63,674 nucleotides of DNA, filler included, from Vezdaea acicularis (GCA_026025075.1; 11 parts of 11 records of this genome joined end to end with filler, not necessarily neighbours in it); one strand, 5' to 3'. Counted from the first letter of the whole stretch, positions 11,878-26,618 are shown. The notes: generated by a model from the sequence alone, not told the origin. Numbers and translations: made by a program.

Positions 11878-12628
11878 TTAAAGTCTAGAGTTCTCCCATG
11901 CTGGTAAACACAGCTCAGCTCTTCGCCCTGCTCTACATTCCTTTCCCATTGTCTGCGCCTGTGTTGCTCCTTCCCTTCTTCGTCGTCCCGGAACTAATTG
12001 CCCAGATTTCGGAACTGTGATGCTCACTTTTGTAAAAATATCCGGTGTAATAGGCCACGAAACTCCAGCCATCCCCATTCCTATATCTGTCAAAGGGTAC
12101 AAACGTCTTTGGGGGATTTCCTTCTTCCGTGGTCTATGATCACGACTCCTCGGACCTGCCTCTACGGCAATCTGCACTTCCTCTCCAGGTCTTGGTGGTG
12201 GGTCCCTTTGGGGTGTAACTAGACACCAGCAGCTGTTCAAACAGTAATCTAATAGTTCACTATCATATTGGACTCGGTTGCCGGGAGGGTCTTCACAGAT
12301 TATGTCCGTACTAACCCCAGGCCATACACAGCGGCAGCCAAGATTAGGTAGTGAAGAGCGGTGAGAGCACAGGGTCCAGAGGGTGGGATACATGCTAGGG
12401 CCGTAAGGCCGTGGCCATTCGAGACTTGGAGTATTAAAGGGTTTTTCGTTGATGTAGTCCGCTGGGGGATCGAACTCCGAAGGAAGAGTGTCGCTACCGG
12501 GCAACTCGAGAGATTGGTCGCCAGCTGATTGTGAGCCATGCTCAGAGCCATCCTCGGAGTAGCCGTCAGCGTCTAGCGGGCTAGTGTCGTAAAGTTGATC
12601 GTCTTGGGATCGATGCAACGGCACTGGA
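11878..12628 (-). CDS. Uncharacterised Cys-rich protein related to its neighbour (5' partial)
   Basis: ORF open to the contig end. WPRPY..YPTLWTLC..NLGCRC..IIC..LLDYCLNSCWC resembles the neighbour's repeat. The 3' end is uncertain. Confidence 0.65.
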
Positions 12629-12728
12629 NNNNNNNNNNNNNNNNNNNNNNNNNNNNNNNNNNNNNNNNNNNNTTAATTAATTAANNNNNNNNNNNNNNNN
12701 NNNNNNNNNNNNNNNNNNNNNNNNNNNN
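12629..12728. other. Artificial contig linker
   Basis: N44-TTAATTAATTAA-N44. Confidence 0.99.
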
Positions 12729-14313
<1,585 letters not shown>

Positions 14314-14616
14314 GCTCTTGTTGTTGGTGTCGGGCATAGTGTGTAGCTCCGAGAGCTGAGAGGAGTGCGGGCTTGACAAGAGAAGAAGGGGGGGGGGGGA
14401 AGGGGAGGTTGTCGGGATTTTGCTAGAACTGGAAGATGGGTAGTGGGCGCTCTGGCGTCTTTATCGGGTTTCGGAGGGGGGGATGTTTCTAGCTCTCGGG
14501 GTGTAGTGAGGGCGAGATTGTTTGATGAGGCGTGGTGAGGAGGGCTGAGCATAGAAGCTTAATGATACACCCGTGCATGGATCGGTCTATACCAGGGTTA
14601 TAGGGATTAATTCCTG

Positions 14617-14663
14617 TCTCTCTCTCTCTCTCTCTGTGTGTGTGTATGTGTGGGTGTGTGTGT
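14617..14663. repeat. Compound (TC)n(TG)n microsatellite
   Basis: tctctctc..tgtgtgtg tract between convergent 3' ends. Confidence 0.8.
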
Positions 14664-14998
14664 CTATGAAGACCATTACTGCTCGCACCCACCCACCCAC
14701 GCATACAAACATGCATCGCACACTTCCTTCCTTCCTTCCGTGGCCCACATCCATCGATACGACGAGTCGAATCTCTGCCGCAGGAAAAGTCTAGCAAGAA
14801 GAAGAATTACAACACCCCTCTTCCTTCCGTCCCTCGATGTCCTGAATGCCGCAGGGGGGAGGGATATAGTACATACAACAACGACCAACCACGAACCACT
14901 CCTCACTCCCCACTCCACGCCTCACGCCCTCCACAAAGGCCCCGGGCACACCCTCATTACCATATCAGTCCTGCACGACTGTCCACCACCGCATCGCT

Positions 14999-15689
14999 CT
15001 AAAGGCCCCTACTCTTCCGATCCGCGGCGGCTCGCATGAACTGCCACGCCGTATACGCGACGCACACGCCCAGCAGCGCGAAGATGTAGAGACCGACCGC
15101 CGCGCCGTTCGTCTTGGGGCCCACGCGCAGGCCGTCGCCTGAGCTGGTCGAGGTGGTTTTGGGGGTGGGGTCGCCTGGCTGAGTGGTGGGATGGATTTAT
15201 TAGCTTTGGGGAGGTTGGGGGATGGGAGAGGTGGGGGGGGAAGGAGTAAGAGGGGGCTTTGGATGGAAGGAAGGGGACGTACGAGGCGTTTGAGAGCGCC
15301 GATTTTCATGCCGTCGAGTATTTCGCGCGCTTCGTCGCTATGGCCGACGTCTTCGAAGGCTTCGGTTGCGTCTTGCCCGCCGACGTCTAAGAGGACTTCT
15401 TCGCCGCCACTAGGAGAGACACCTGACTTAGCATTGTTGTTGTGGGTATTCTTGCCATAGGGATCGGATAAGGGAGAGAATGGTTGGAAGGAGAAGGAGA
15501 TGAGTAGGATTGGCGGTTGAATGATATTGATAACTGAGGTAGTAGATAAAGGAGAGAAAGGTATGCTGCGACTTACGGATGCTCGTCCACGAACGAGGAG
15601 GCATTATACACGGTATCATGCACGACGATAAAAAGGTCCTTCTTCGAGCTATGCTCCGCGACCTCTGCATACGTCAGTTCCTTCGCCAT
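14999..15689 (-). CDS. cyb5: Cytochrome b5 (tail-anchored)
   Basis: [63 protein letters not shown] (HPGG heme motif); introns 15410-15576 and 15179-15282; C-terminal TM helix. Confidence 0.96.
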
Positions 15690-16438
15690 CTTAATCTCTC
15701 TCTCTCTCTCAATCCGTCCTTCAAGTCAACAGCTCCTCTCAACCAATAACCTCTTTTCCCTATCTATCTATCGCCAAAAACTTGCCCCCTGTCGTGGTAT
15801 AACGAACGTGAAAAGCTCCGTGCCTTCGCCAAGAGGAGGTGTAATTGAGGTAAGCGGGATCGAGATGGTTTGACTGAGGTGGGTTGGAAGCTGTTGGGGA
15901 AGTGTATGGGTATGAATTTTTTGTGGGGGGGATTCTTTGCGAGATGTGATGTCGAGATCTAGGTTCTAATCTTTTTTTTCGGCTCGGTTAGCGGGTCGGC
16001 CTGGAGAAGGAAAGAAACGAAAGCGTGGGGGATGTTTTCGCCTGTTTTGGCGAGGGCGGTGGTCTGATATTCTGGGGAATGGATGAGGGTGTCATCGTTT
16101 GGTGATGCGATTTTACTTCCAGGAGAGCTTGAATGTACGGTATTTGGAGTTTTGAAACGTCAACATGGAGCTATCCTTGTATTTTGGTTCGATTTTGATG
16201 AGAAATCACCAATCTCCTTCAAGAGTTCTCAACACCATGAGATCATAGGAGCACCTATGTGACCAAGTTCTGAAATACGAAATTGGCGGATTGAGGCTCT
16301 ATAGAATCAAATATCATGCAAGATTGACGTGTGGTCATGTCCACCGTGAAGGAAACAGCGGCAAGTCTCGTCTGCTTCACATTTCTCTGGGAAATAGCCC
16401 TTCGGGCGAAAACATATAACCCTTGAGGTCCTCCCCCA

Positions 16439-17526
16439 CTACCGTGTGCGTCCGCCGCCAATGTCTTGTCCCAACTTATACCCCGATATCTTCTCCCACT
16501 CAACCTTCTGCCTCGTCACCGGTAACTGCCGCCGTAGCCCCTTGAAAGCCCCCTCGCTCAAGTCGTTGAACCCCCTGTTGAGATCCTCTTGGTACTTCTT
16601 CTCGATCGTACCAATCTCCTTGACCACAGCGGACGCTGCCGCCGAAGCCGAGACAGGCTTGTTGGTGGACAGACGGACATTGCCATCTTCGTAGTAATGC
16701 ACGTCGACCTTGATCTCCCCTGAGAGCGAGTCGTCTTCGTAGCGGTAGCAGGAGCGCCATCGGCCGTTCCAGAAGTTATTCGGGGAGTACTTGTTGGCGA
16801 CGATGATGATCACGAGGGCATTGTCTTTGGAATAGGCGGAGTATGATGCTGAAGGGAAGTATTCTGACACATACTTGGAGAGCGACTTCAAGGTGGACTC
16901 TCTGCAGAGGAGGTAAGTCAGCTAGAAGCTTCAAAGACACCGCCTGACCCCTACCACGGGTATAACTAACATCAATGCAGCTTGAGGTCCTTCGTGAGCA
17001 TATGACTGGGTAGCAGATGCTTTCTGTTCAGTTGAAAGTTAGCAAGACGGGTATTCTAGGGATGATGGGCCATGTATTACCCCTGTGGCATGGTCGAAGG
17101 CGAAGGACGTCTTGCTTTCAGGGTCGTAGTAACGCCCGTCATCCAGTGAATTATAGCTGCTTACGATAACCTTTGCCAATTCATCAGCCGATACATTTCC
17201 TAATAGCAGGCATTTTTGGTAATTCCTACGGGTTGGCTAGCTCCTGGTAGCTTGACTGTCGTGTACTGTTCATGGTTATATTTCTTGAAGGCAGGACCTA
17301 AAGAAGCCACTAGCGAGGGCTCGATGGCTTGGATATCTGACGGAATTGTCAAATCAGATTGGTCCCCTTTCTTCTGGGCGCTCAAAGCATGGGCTCACCT
17401 GCCACGACATCGGCGAGCTGTCCCACGTCAGCTTCCGTGAAAGATCAGCTGAGGCAGCAATAGCAGACGGACCTCTCCAGGTGGGGCATTCTCGACAAAG
17501 GCCGCCCCAATGGCGCTCTTCGACAT
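16439..17526 (-). CDS. cap1: F-actin capping protein alpha subunit
   Basis: ATG 17526 MSKSAIGAAFVENAPPGE|LADVVA|DI; five GT-AG introns; NKYSPNNFWNGRWRS, VDVHYYEDGNVRL, FKGLRRQLPVTRQKVEW. Confidence 0.96.
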
Positions 17527-18752
17527 TGACGGCGTGTTTCTGGGAGCAGCAGGCTTTCCCAGTCTACTGATAGATTCGGTTCGGGCTAGAAGCAGGGAGC
17601 AGACTTATCTCTTTGGCTTTCCTGTCGCTCTCAATTGCTCTTCGATTTCATTCGGAACCCATGTGGAGGATGGAAGACGATCTCGCTTCGGCTGCGAATC
17701 ATATCGCATCGAGTTCCGACCTCAAAATCACCTGAACTTCTATGGCAGAGGGCTCTGCCAGAGACTTCATAATGCATGGACTTGCAGAAGGATATCGCGC
17801 ATGAGTGAGTATTCGTTGATATCTATGACCATCCTTTTAATAGCCGAGATATTGTAAGTTGACTACTGAGCCTTCTGATCCGAAATGCTTCTTAGGAATG
17901 AAGTCACAGCACATTGAATCAGCGACAAAAGTCTGACGGGGGAATACCACAAGTGCTTCATAATCGACCACGCCAAGCTCACACGATCTGACACATTCAA
18001 TGCTGCCCAGATAAATAAGCCCAAATACGTCGAAAGCTCTAGCGAATTACTTTGGAGTTGCCAAGGCAGGTTGAAGCTGTCTCATCGAGTTCCGAAGGTG
18101 GAATATTCCTGCCATCGTGCGCGAATGGACCACAGAAACCTGAAACCAAGCCATCATCGTGGGTCAGCCCGCCAAGAGCTGTCCACATGCAGGATCAAGG
18201 CGCTCGACTCTGCGGGATACGGCGCAGACGTTTGAACATCGTATCTCTTTCTTATTGTGCTGTCATCGACTTTATCTCGCAGCTCCTCTCCCCCTCACCA
18301 CCCGCAGCTCCACCTATATTGTGGTGGAGGAGAAAGTAAGCACGTCTCACCTCGATTTCTGCCCACGACCAGACAGGAGGGCCTAGACGACGCGTGTTTA
18401 GCCGCATCCTGACCTGGAGCATTCCACGGCGGATGATTCCTTGGAGCCCGCCACGGGCTGAACGACCAGACGTGTTATTCCAACATATTTCGATGCATCA
18501 GGAATCCGGCGGCTTCGCAGGAAACGGCGTGGTGGCGCGCGATGGATCCCAAAGCGGCGTGCCTAGGGACGAGCCCTGGTCCTGGTCCAATAAACAGGCC
18601 GGCCGCCGCGGATGGCTCCGAATGGGGGCCGGCGCCGCTTTGGTCGTGCAGCTCCCTGCACCCGACTCCCACGCCGGACCCTTTTTTCTCGTTGGGACGC
18701 AGCTGAGTCTGGTGCAGTCGCGGCAATCTGGACCTCGCCGCCAAGCCCCGCG

Positions 18753-18852
18753 NNNNNNNNNNNNNNNNNNNNNNNNNNNNNNNNNNNNNNNNNNNNTTAA
18801 TTAATTAANNNNNNNNNNNNNNNNNNNNNNNNNNNNNNNNNNNNNNNNNNNN
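18753..18852. other. Artificial contig linker
   Basis: N44-TTAATTAATTAA-N44. Confidence 0.99.
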
Positions 18853-20959
18853 GTGAGAGCGAGCAGAATGCCATTCTGCAGAATACGAGGATGAGAGATT
18901 CACGAACGGCACCACGACAGGACGTAGCACCCGTTTGATAGCTCCCAGTCGTCCTTTGGTTCGGGAGGTGTGTGACTGTGAATCCGGCGGACACAATGTC
19001 CTCCGCCGCTTCAATTCTGGCTGGTGGCGAGGAAATCTCTGCTCACGGCGAAAATAGCAGCTCGATCCAGAGCTTGCTCATGATCATGAAGACCTTATCG
19101 CACATTAATGCTCCACATTCTCCCGCTCTTCCGGCGTTTCTTGATTCTCAGGGTGCTGAGCTCTGCACCGCTCTGGCTTTCGAGATTGCTATGCAACGTC
19201 AGCTGGAATCGGGAAGGGCCGATTGTCTCTCCAAACGCGCAGATAGCTGTTCATAGCCAATGATCATGCAACGTGCGATCGCTTGACCAGAACAGGCGAT
19301 GCGTGCCGAAGCCAGGACTCAACCGCAAGCCAGCAGCCAGAACGCACGGCGTAAGGGAAGATGGTCGAGGGCAAAGAGCAAAGGGCAAAGGATGGCGACC
19401 GCAAGACGAAGCGAAGGGGAGCAGGAATTTGCTTCTTTGTCGCTTGAAGGCGGGATGTGGGATATGAGGATGCGGTTCGTTCGCCGTTCGAAGATGGCCG
19501 CAACATATGGCGATCTCCACGGCGGTGGCGTGCAGGCCCAAAAGAAAATGCGAATCTTGCGGGTTAGGCCCTTGTCCGTCCGTCCGCGCTGACGTCGAGG
19601 GAGGGCAGGACTCGGTGCCGGCGGCGACTCCACTTGCGCTTATGCTCTGACCGACAGGTCACATCGACGGCCGACGTCCTCAACTGATGTGAAAATGCGC
19701 AACCTACTCTCTGCTGTAGTGAAGGCTTCATCGTCTCGTGTCGTGCGGAATGGCATCAAGCTCCCACAGAAGCAGACCTCAGGCAAGTCACGGAGAACCG
19801 CGTGTCGGCGCGGTGGAGCTGGTCTTCAGCCAGCCGCTCCCCCGTATATAGCTATACGAGGGCTATTGATTGATAGACGGTCGAGCATCTGTGCCAATGG
19901 TCCACGCACTTCGGTTCCCAGGGCCGCGGGCAGCACCGTGGGATTGTGCATACGAACGACGCACGCACAACCAGAACGAGCAGGACGGTGGGACCACGAA
20001 AGTGTCAGTAAGGTCGGGGCCGGAGTCACGCTTCTTGGATCGTGGCTGAGTCGAGTCGAGTGGAGTCGCGCGCGGGCGGGGGCCATCAAAGAAGGGGCAG
20101 GAAGGGACAGGACAAAGGGCAGGAAGGGGAAGGGAGCACATGTCAGGTGGGATGGCCGCCGTCGCCAGCGTTCCTTCCCGCGGCACGAACAGAGAAAAGC
20201 ACGACGACGCGGCTTGCAGAATTTCGAGCGACGCCGCCCTGGGTGATGCGCATATCGCCGGCATTTGCATCTGCGCGGGTACGGCCAACTTACCCAAATC
20301 ATCGGCCTCATCGCGCTTATCGTGCTGGACCCGTTCCCCGCGCGCAAGCTCCGTTGGGAGCAGGTGGGGGGGAACAGCCAGAGACAAGTCGGAGCGGGTC
20401 GATGGGAGGGGGCGCAGTTTGATGAGATGGCCAGAGTCGACCCGTCGAGATTCGCGATGTCGAAAGCGTCGAGACGAGGTGGGATAGGGCACATGCTCAA
20501 GCTCAAGGGCAAGCTCCCACTCCAGCTTCGTCGCCGGTGCTACGCATGCGGCATTTATGCCTCCTCCAATTGCGACGATCGGCCGCCGCGCGAGGCCGCA
20601 GCCGTTAAGCGCCGCCGGACTGCTGCACGACCGACACAAAGGCGAGCGAGCACGACACGGCCGTCTGGAGACGAGCGGCGTAGGCGAGTGAGCGCACCGG
20701 CTGAATGGGCAGTCTCTTCCAGGTCGGGCGGGGGGCCCCTCGACGCAAATCGCTCTTGCTCCTTCCCAGCAGAGCGCCGATGCCCCCACTAACGACCAGC
20801 TAAGGCACGGACCCGGCCCAAGCGAGAAAGGCAAAAATGTGCCATGTGCAACGTGAGAAAACCGATGGGGGGATGGGGGGGGGCGACGGCATTGCAACCA
20901 CGTCCAGTCTGGTCCGGCCTGGTCGGGCTGGCCGCGGTGATGGCGAGCGCGCCTTTGTG

Positions 20960-20965
20960 TATAAA
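20960..20965 (+). promoter_or_regulatory. Putative TATA box of the HAK transporter gene
   Basis: TATAAA followed by a CT-rich tract, about 160 nt upstream of the ATG. Confidence 0.5.
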
Positions 20966-21123
20966 TTCTCCCTTCCGCTCGAGCTCAGAACCTTTCGAAT
21001 TTATTCTTCTCTTCACCTCACCTTCGTCGGCCCGTCTCTGCTTCCCTGTGCTCCCACGCCCTCCGCCGCTCTCGCTCGGTTGAGACCCGCTGCCCTAGGG
21101 CAAGCGAAATCCTGACCGCAGGG

Positions 21124-23786
21124 ATGGCGACTGAAGCCACCCACATCACCTTCGCCGAGGATGCCATCCACCGCGTTGGTTCGAACGGCCGCCCCAGCAG
21201 CTACAAGGCCGCCTCCATCAAGGAGAAGGAGGCCGGCTTGGATGTCGAGGATGGGGTGCGCGAGGGCGAGATGAAGCAGAAGCAGGTATGTTTGGATCGG
21301 ACCCCCACCAAAGCGACGGGCGTCGGCTGACACTCGTGATGTGAAGGAATTCAAAGGTGTCATTCTGCTATGGTAGCTTGACAACTCTTGCGCAGTGTGC
21401 ATGGCGGGCATGTTTTCTAACATGTCCAAAGGCTTGCCTACCAATCCATCGGTGTCATCTATGGAGACATCGGCACCAGTCCGCTCTACGTCTACTCGTC
21501 CACCTTTAGCTCCGAGCCGTCTTACCTCGACCTCCTCGGCGCCCTTTCCCTCATCATCTGGACGATCACGTTGATGGTCACCATCAAGTATGTGGTCATC
21601 GTTCTCCAGGCTGATGATGAGGGCGAGGGAGGGACCTTTGCCCTGTATGCCCTGCTCGCGCGCTTCGTAAGTTTTCTCCTGATGGCTCGACGAGGTGGGA
21701 AACCCCCTTTGCTCACAACGCTCTTGCAGGCCAATATCACGCAGCGAGATCCAAAGGAACAGGGACTCATCAAGATGGAGAGGCATCGCACCAATGACAT
21801 GAAGCTCGGCAACAGGAGCTTCCGAGCCGCGATTGAGAACAGCAAAGTGGCCAAGTTGGCGCTCAAAGTCGTCGGCGTCTTTGGTGTCTCGCTCGTCATG
21901 GCAGGTGAGCGATGAGGCACCTCGCTGATCGGCAATGTGCAGGACTGATCTCCGGTCGTAGATGGCGTACTCACTCCAGCCCAATCCGTCTTGGGTGCCA
22001 TCCAGGGTCTGGAGGTCGTCCACCCGAACATCACCTCCAGTCAGATCATCGGCACTTCTTGCGGTATCCTCGTCGTTCTCTTCATCATCCAGCCGCTGGG
22101 CACGTCGAAGATTGCATCCGCCTTCGCTCCCATCGTGATCATCTGGCTACTCTTCAACCTCGTCTTTGGCATCTACAACTTGGCCCTCCACGACCACAGC
22201 GTCCTCAAAGCCTTCTCCCCCTTCTTCGCGGGCGACTACCTCGTCCGGAACAAGACGGAGGGTTGGAAATCCCTCGGAGGTATCCTACTCTGCTTCACGG
22301 GCGTGGAAGCTCTGTTCGCCGATCTTGGGGCATTCAGCAAGAGGTATTGCTCGGGTCCCCTAACCTTATTTCGCCCTCATGACAATGCTAATCCTCCTCC
22401 GACAGGGCCATCCAACTCTCTTGGCTTTGCTTCGCTTACCCGTGCCTGCTCATGGCCTACATTGGCCAGGCGGCCTACATCAGCGTCGACCCAAGCGCCT
22501 ACAACAACCCGTTCTTCAAGACCGTCCCTCCGGGCACCATCTACCCCAGCCTGGTGATCTCCGTCCTCGCTTCCTTTGTCGCGTCCCAGGCCATGGTCAC
22601 TTCGAGCTTCCAGCTCCTTTCCCAGGTCATGAAGCTGTCCTACTTCCCCCATATCAAGCTCGTGCACACGTCCTCGAAGTTCTACGGCCAGATTTACATT
22701 CCCATGGCAAACTGGCTCCTCATGATCGGCACCGTAATCGTCACGGCCGTCTACAGCAACACCACGCGCCTCGGCAACGCCTACGGCGTCTGTGTCATCC
22801 TTGTCACCTTCATCACCACCTGCATGGTCTCCACCGTCGCGCTCGTCGTCTGGCGCTTGCACTTCCTCATCGTGCTCGCCGGCTTCCTCGTCTTCGGCGC
22901 CCTCGACGGCGCGTACCTCTCCGCTGCTCTAACGAAGGTTCCCACCGGCGCTTGGTTCACGCTTGCCCTCGCCATCATCCTCTCCTCCATCTTCATTCTC
23001 TGGCGTTACGGCAAGGAGAAGCAGTGGGGCGCCGAGCGCGAAGGCCGCCTCTCCCCCACCGAGCACTTTGTCGTCTCGCCTGCCGACAGCTCCCTCTCAC
23101 TCTCCCAGGCCTTGGGCGGCGCCCGGCTGACCCAGACGAAGGGCATGGGCATCTTCTTCGACAAGAGCGGCTCCGGCTCCATCCCGACCGTCTTCTCGCA
23201 GTTCACGCGCAAGTTCGAGGCCTACCCGGAGATCATGGTGTTCTTCCACATGCGGCCGCTGCAGATCCCCGCCGCGGCGCCCGAGGACCGCTACACCATC
23301 CTGCGCACCAGCATCCCGAACGCATACCGCGTCATCATCCGACACGGCTACACCGAGGAGGTCATCACCCCGAACCTCGCCCTTCTGCTCTACTCGCGCC
23401 TCGAAGCCTTCATCCAGGAGCAGCCGTACAGCCTTCCCGCCGCCGGCCCCGCCTTTAACTCTCCTGCAAACCAACCCCAAACCCTCGACAGCAAACTCCA
23501 CCACAACCCCTCAGCAACCGTCACGACCTCCCCGCCCTCCCTCACCACCTCCTCCCTCACCTCCACCCGCCCCGACGAGCTCGACGTCCTCCGCCGCGCC
23601 TTCGACGCCCAGGTCGTCTACATCGTCGGCAAAGAGCAGATGCGCATCTCCGACAAAACCAACCTCGCCAAGCGAATCGTCCTCGCCACCTTCCTCTGGA
23701 TCCGGGAGAATACCCGCGGCAAAGTCGCCGAGATGCGCATTCCGATCGACCGTCTGGTCGAGGTCGGCTTTATTCGGGAGTTGTGA
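21124..23786 (+). CDS. hak1: High-affinity K+ transporter, HAK/KUP/KT family
   Basis: [81 protein letters not shown]; five GT-AG introns. Confidence 0.96.
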
Positions 23787-24092
23787 TTAAGGGTAAGGAG
23801 CTGTGATGCTTAGAAAGCCTAGTTAGGTAGGGGAGGGGACTTTTGGGTGGGAGGATTTTTTTTTTCCTTGGTGGTTTGGTTCTGAAGCGTGGAGGTTTTT
23901 TTCCTGATCAGTCCCCCTTGGTTCTTTCTTACTCTTGCGCTCCCTCGCTTGTTAGATTTGAGAGACACTCCTCCGGTTAGGGGCAAAGGGGGGTGGTATA
24001 TAGATTCTTGTGGCCTGCAATGAAATGTATAGATTCTTGTCGATCATTTGATGTGCACACTCTTATAACCACCAGTGCCATCACTCCTACTA

Positions 24093-24778
24093 CAGTGTGG
24101 GGGGGAGGAGGAGGGGAGTGCCGCAAAAATCCGAATCCACCTCATCCTCGCCGCTCCTCGCGCCGAACCGTATCCCGCCTTCTGCTCCCCCACCACTATA
24201 GCAAAACCACCACCCTCCCAAGCCAGGATCCCAACTCCGCCATCTCCATCGCGTACGTACATCCTCAGGATCCATCCAGGACCAAAGCCTCCAGCCCCAA
24301 GAGAAAGAAAAAGAGAAAACCCAGTCACGTCTAGAATCTTCTAGTAGCACCCACTCTATCTGGAAGCGCATGTCCCGCTGTAGAAGAGGTAGCTAAAGGG
24401 GGCTTTCAGCGCGGGTTCTATGTTGCGATGAAAGGGAGTTATTTACTAAGGAAAAGAAAAGGAATAAAAAGGGGATGTTGTGAGTGTGAGATAGATCTTG
24501 TCGATCTTCTCACAGTTCCTCGCTACGTACTGTCTGTCGCCTCCGCTGCTGGGGATGGTAATTATTTCTTTTGGAAATGCGGTAAGTTACACTTACTTCT
24601 CGATATCTAATCATCAGATGTGAACGACACAATGTATTGGAATGTCGACTTTCCTGCCCCGCCTTCTCGTCTTTCTTTCGTACACCGCCGGGGGGGGGGG
24701 GGGCAAAGATGTCGGAATACACTTCGGCGCGTGCGTGAAGCGGGGTTGAGGTGGATTCGGACTTTTGGCCCCGCACTG
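24093..24778. mobile_element. Non-autonomous Tc1/impala-like MITE (mimp-like), 686 bp
   Basis: TA on both sides (24091-24092, 24779-24780). Right end reads CAGTGCGGGGCCAAAAGTCCGAATCCACC inward; left end reads CAGTGTGGG..CAAAAATCCGAATCCACC. Inverted similarity continues for about 70 bp. No transposase. Confidence 0.72.
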
Positions 24779-24815
24779 TACCAGTGCCAGCTTATGCGCT
24801 CACTTCCGGCAATGA

Positions 24816-24915
24816 NNNNNNNNNNNNNNNNNNNNNNNNNNNNNNNNNNNNNNNNNNNNTTAATTAATTAANNNNNNNNNNNNNNNNNNNNNNNNNNNNN
24901 NNNNNNNNNNNNNNN
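24816..24915. other. Artificial contig linker
   Basis: N44-TTAATTAATTAA-N44. Confidence 0.99.
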
Positions 24916-25257
24916 TCCAGCGGGCCAGCGGCAACTATCTACGGGCAGATCCCCTTGACGAGAAAGCTTACAGAGGTATACAATAACGGCGGTATCCCAG
25001 ACCTGGAGCCTGAGTCTGTCACCGCTTATCTACTGGATAACCTCGAATGGCGTGTCCAGAGGTACGATGACTCTCAAGTGGACATTGGAGATCTGACTTC
25101 CCTGAAGATCTATGTCACGAATACACTGGTCACGCCGCCAGTAGATAAGTCGAAGGACTTTCCGACGTATGGCGATTACTCGGCATTTTTGAACTCTACG
25201 CAGGGCAAACCGGGCGCGATATCTGACCCGGACGATCTGACGGGGCCCACATCGTAG
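24916..25257 (+). CDS. Tyrosinase C-terminal domain (5' partial)
   Basis: IYGQIPLTRKL..DLEPESVTAYLLDNLEWRVQR..SLKIYV..FPTYG..TQGKPGA, typical of the fungal tyrosinase C-terminal shielding domain. Confidence 0.8.
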   Translation, partial: SSGPAATIYGQIPLTRKLTEVYNNGGIPDLEPESVTAYLLDNLEWRVQRYDDSQVDIGDLTSLKIYVTNTLVTPPVDKSKDFPTYGDYSAFLNSTQGKPGAISDPDDLTGPTS

Positions 25258-26474
25258 GAAGCTGGAATGGCGTCTGCATGTTGAGGCTGTTACGCCTCGG
25301 ATATGGATAATTGTGATTTAATGCATACTGCTTAGCGTTACTTGGCATTATAGGGTTATTTGGGGTTCAATCATAGCATATAGCGAAGCATCAAGTTATC
25401 GGTGGGGAATGTCACATTACCAACAACTACCAATCAGCGTACAGCGAGCCCTAGAGCTCTATGTTTCGGAAAGACTGAGTGACATATCTGTCCGCCGAGA
25501 CCTTTACGGCATCATTCATTAAACCCCATCATCGGTTCTTGGTGTGTAAATTTGCAAAACGGGCGACCTCCCAAGACTGCACATTCTGCGCTCACCTGAT
25601 GCCCTTTGGTCCTCTCACTATCCCCGAAGTTACAAATACTCCTACGCAACAATGTCTGACAACAAATGTCGGCAGTAATAGGAACCGCCATGAAAAACGC
25701 CGCTCTCGCCCGTCACTACGGTAGACCGGCAAACCAGAGCAGTTTTTCGACTGACGATGCCCAGGTGCTAGGCGAACCCCGCAACGGCGCTCACCTCGCC
25801 ATCCGCATAATCCACGAGTATAGCAAATCGTCGTCATTGAACTTCTCATCTTCAATTCCTCGACCTTTCTTTGGTGGTAAATGATCTGCAGTTGGGTCGA
25901 TTGGACTAAACAGTTCAAGCACGGCCGCGGGCAACTCGTGGCGTGCTTTAGGCAGGGGTAAGGTAGAGTGGAGGGACCCTTATCCTATCCATCGGCTATG
26001 GAAAACGCAATCCCTGAATAGCACGGTTTGCGCAGACCGGACGTTCTCCGGAAGAGGGCGAGACGAGCCTTTGATAAACATGGACTAGACCCCACTGAGC
26101 CAAGCGGGCACGGATGGTGGGCTCCAAGCATCCCTATGGCCGCAACCTCCAAAATATCATGGACCCTGCAGCACAGGTGATGGCTCCGTCGCTGCCGTAT
26201 GGGCCCGCAAAGTCCCCGCTTCAGCTTTGTTCAAGCAGTCACCGCTACGAACCGCGATGAGAGCTTCGAGATCTTCATCTCGAAAACCGGCCGTGGCCGC
26301 CAGTGGCGGAGTATGCCAGCCACCGATGCTGTGGGAGGTGAACTAAGTAGAGCGCTTTCCCAATAGCACGGGCACGGTCTCTCCGCTGGGCCCAGTTCTT
26401 GCTGTTTGCATCTCATCATGGAACAGACGGCCCGTCGACAATTGTGCAGGTGGGGCCTGCGGACTGTGAATGGG

Positions 26475-26480
26475 TATAAA
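26475..26480 (+). promoter_or_regulatory. Putative TATA box of adh1
   Basis: TATAAA about 140 nt upstream of ATG 26619. Confidence 0.55.
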
Positions 26481-26618
26481 TGTCGGCCTGTGTCTGCAAC
26501 TCCGTTCATACCTCGAAACATAAAAACTTCAAATCCTAGATCCTACACTACCCTGCCAGTATACAAGCAACAGCCTAACACTACACACAACACTCCTCCA
26601 CACAGAATATCCTCAGCC

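Noticed and set aside
19689..20897. 185-344-aa ORFs upstream of hak1
   Set aside because: GC-rich non-coding DNA; Arg/Pro/Cys-rich translations with no motifs or consistent splice structure
21013..23504. Long overlapping or antisense ORFs over hak1 (336 aa, 359 aa)
   Set aside because: Shadow ORFs caused by strong GC3 bias of the real gene
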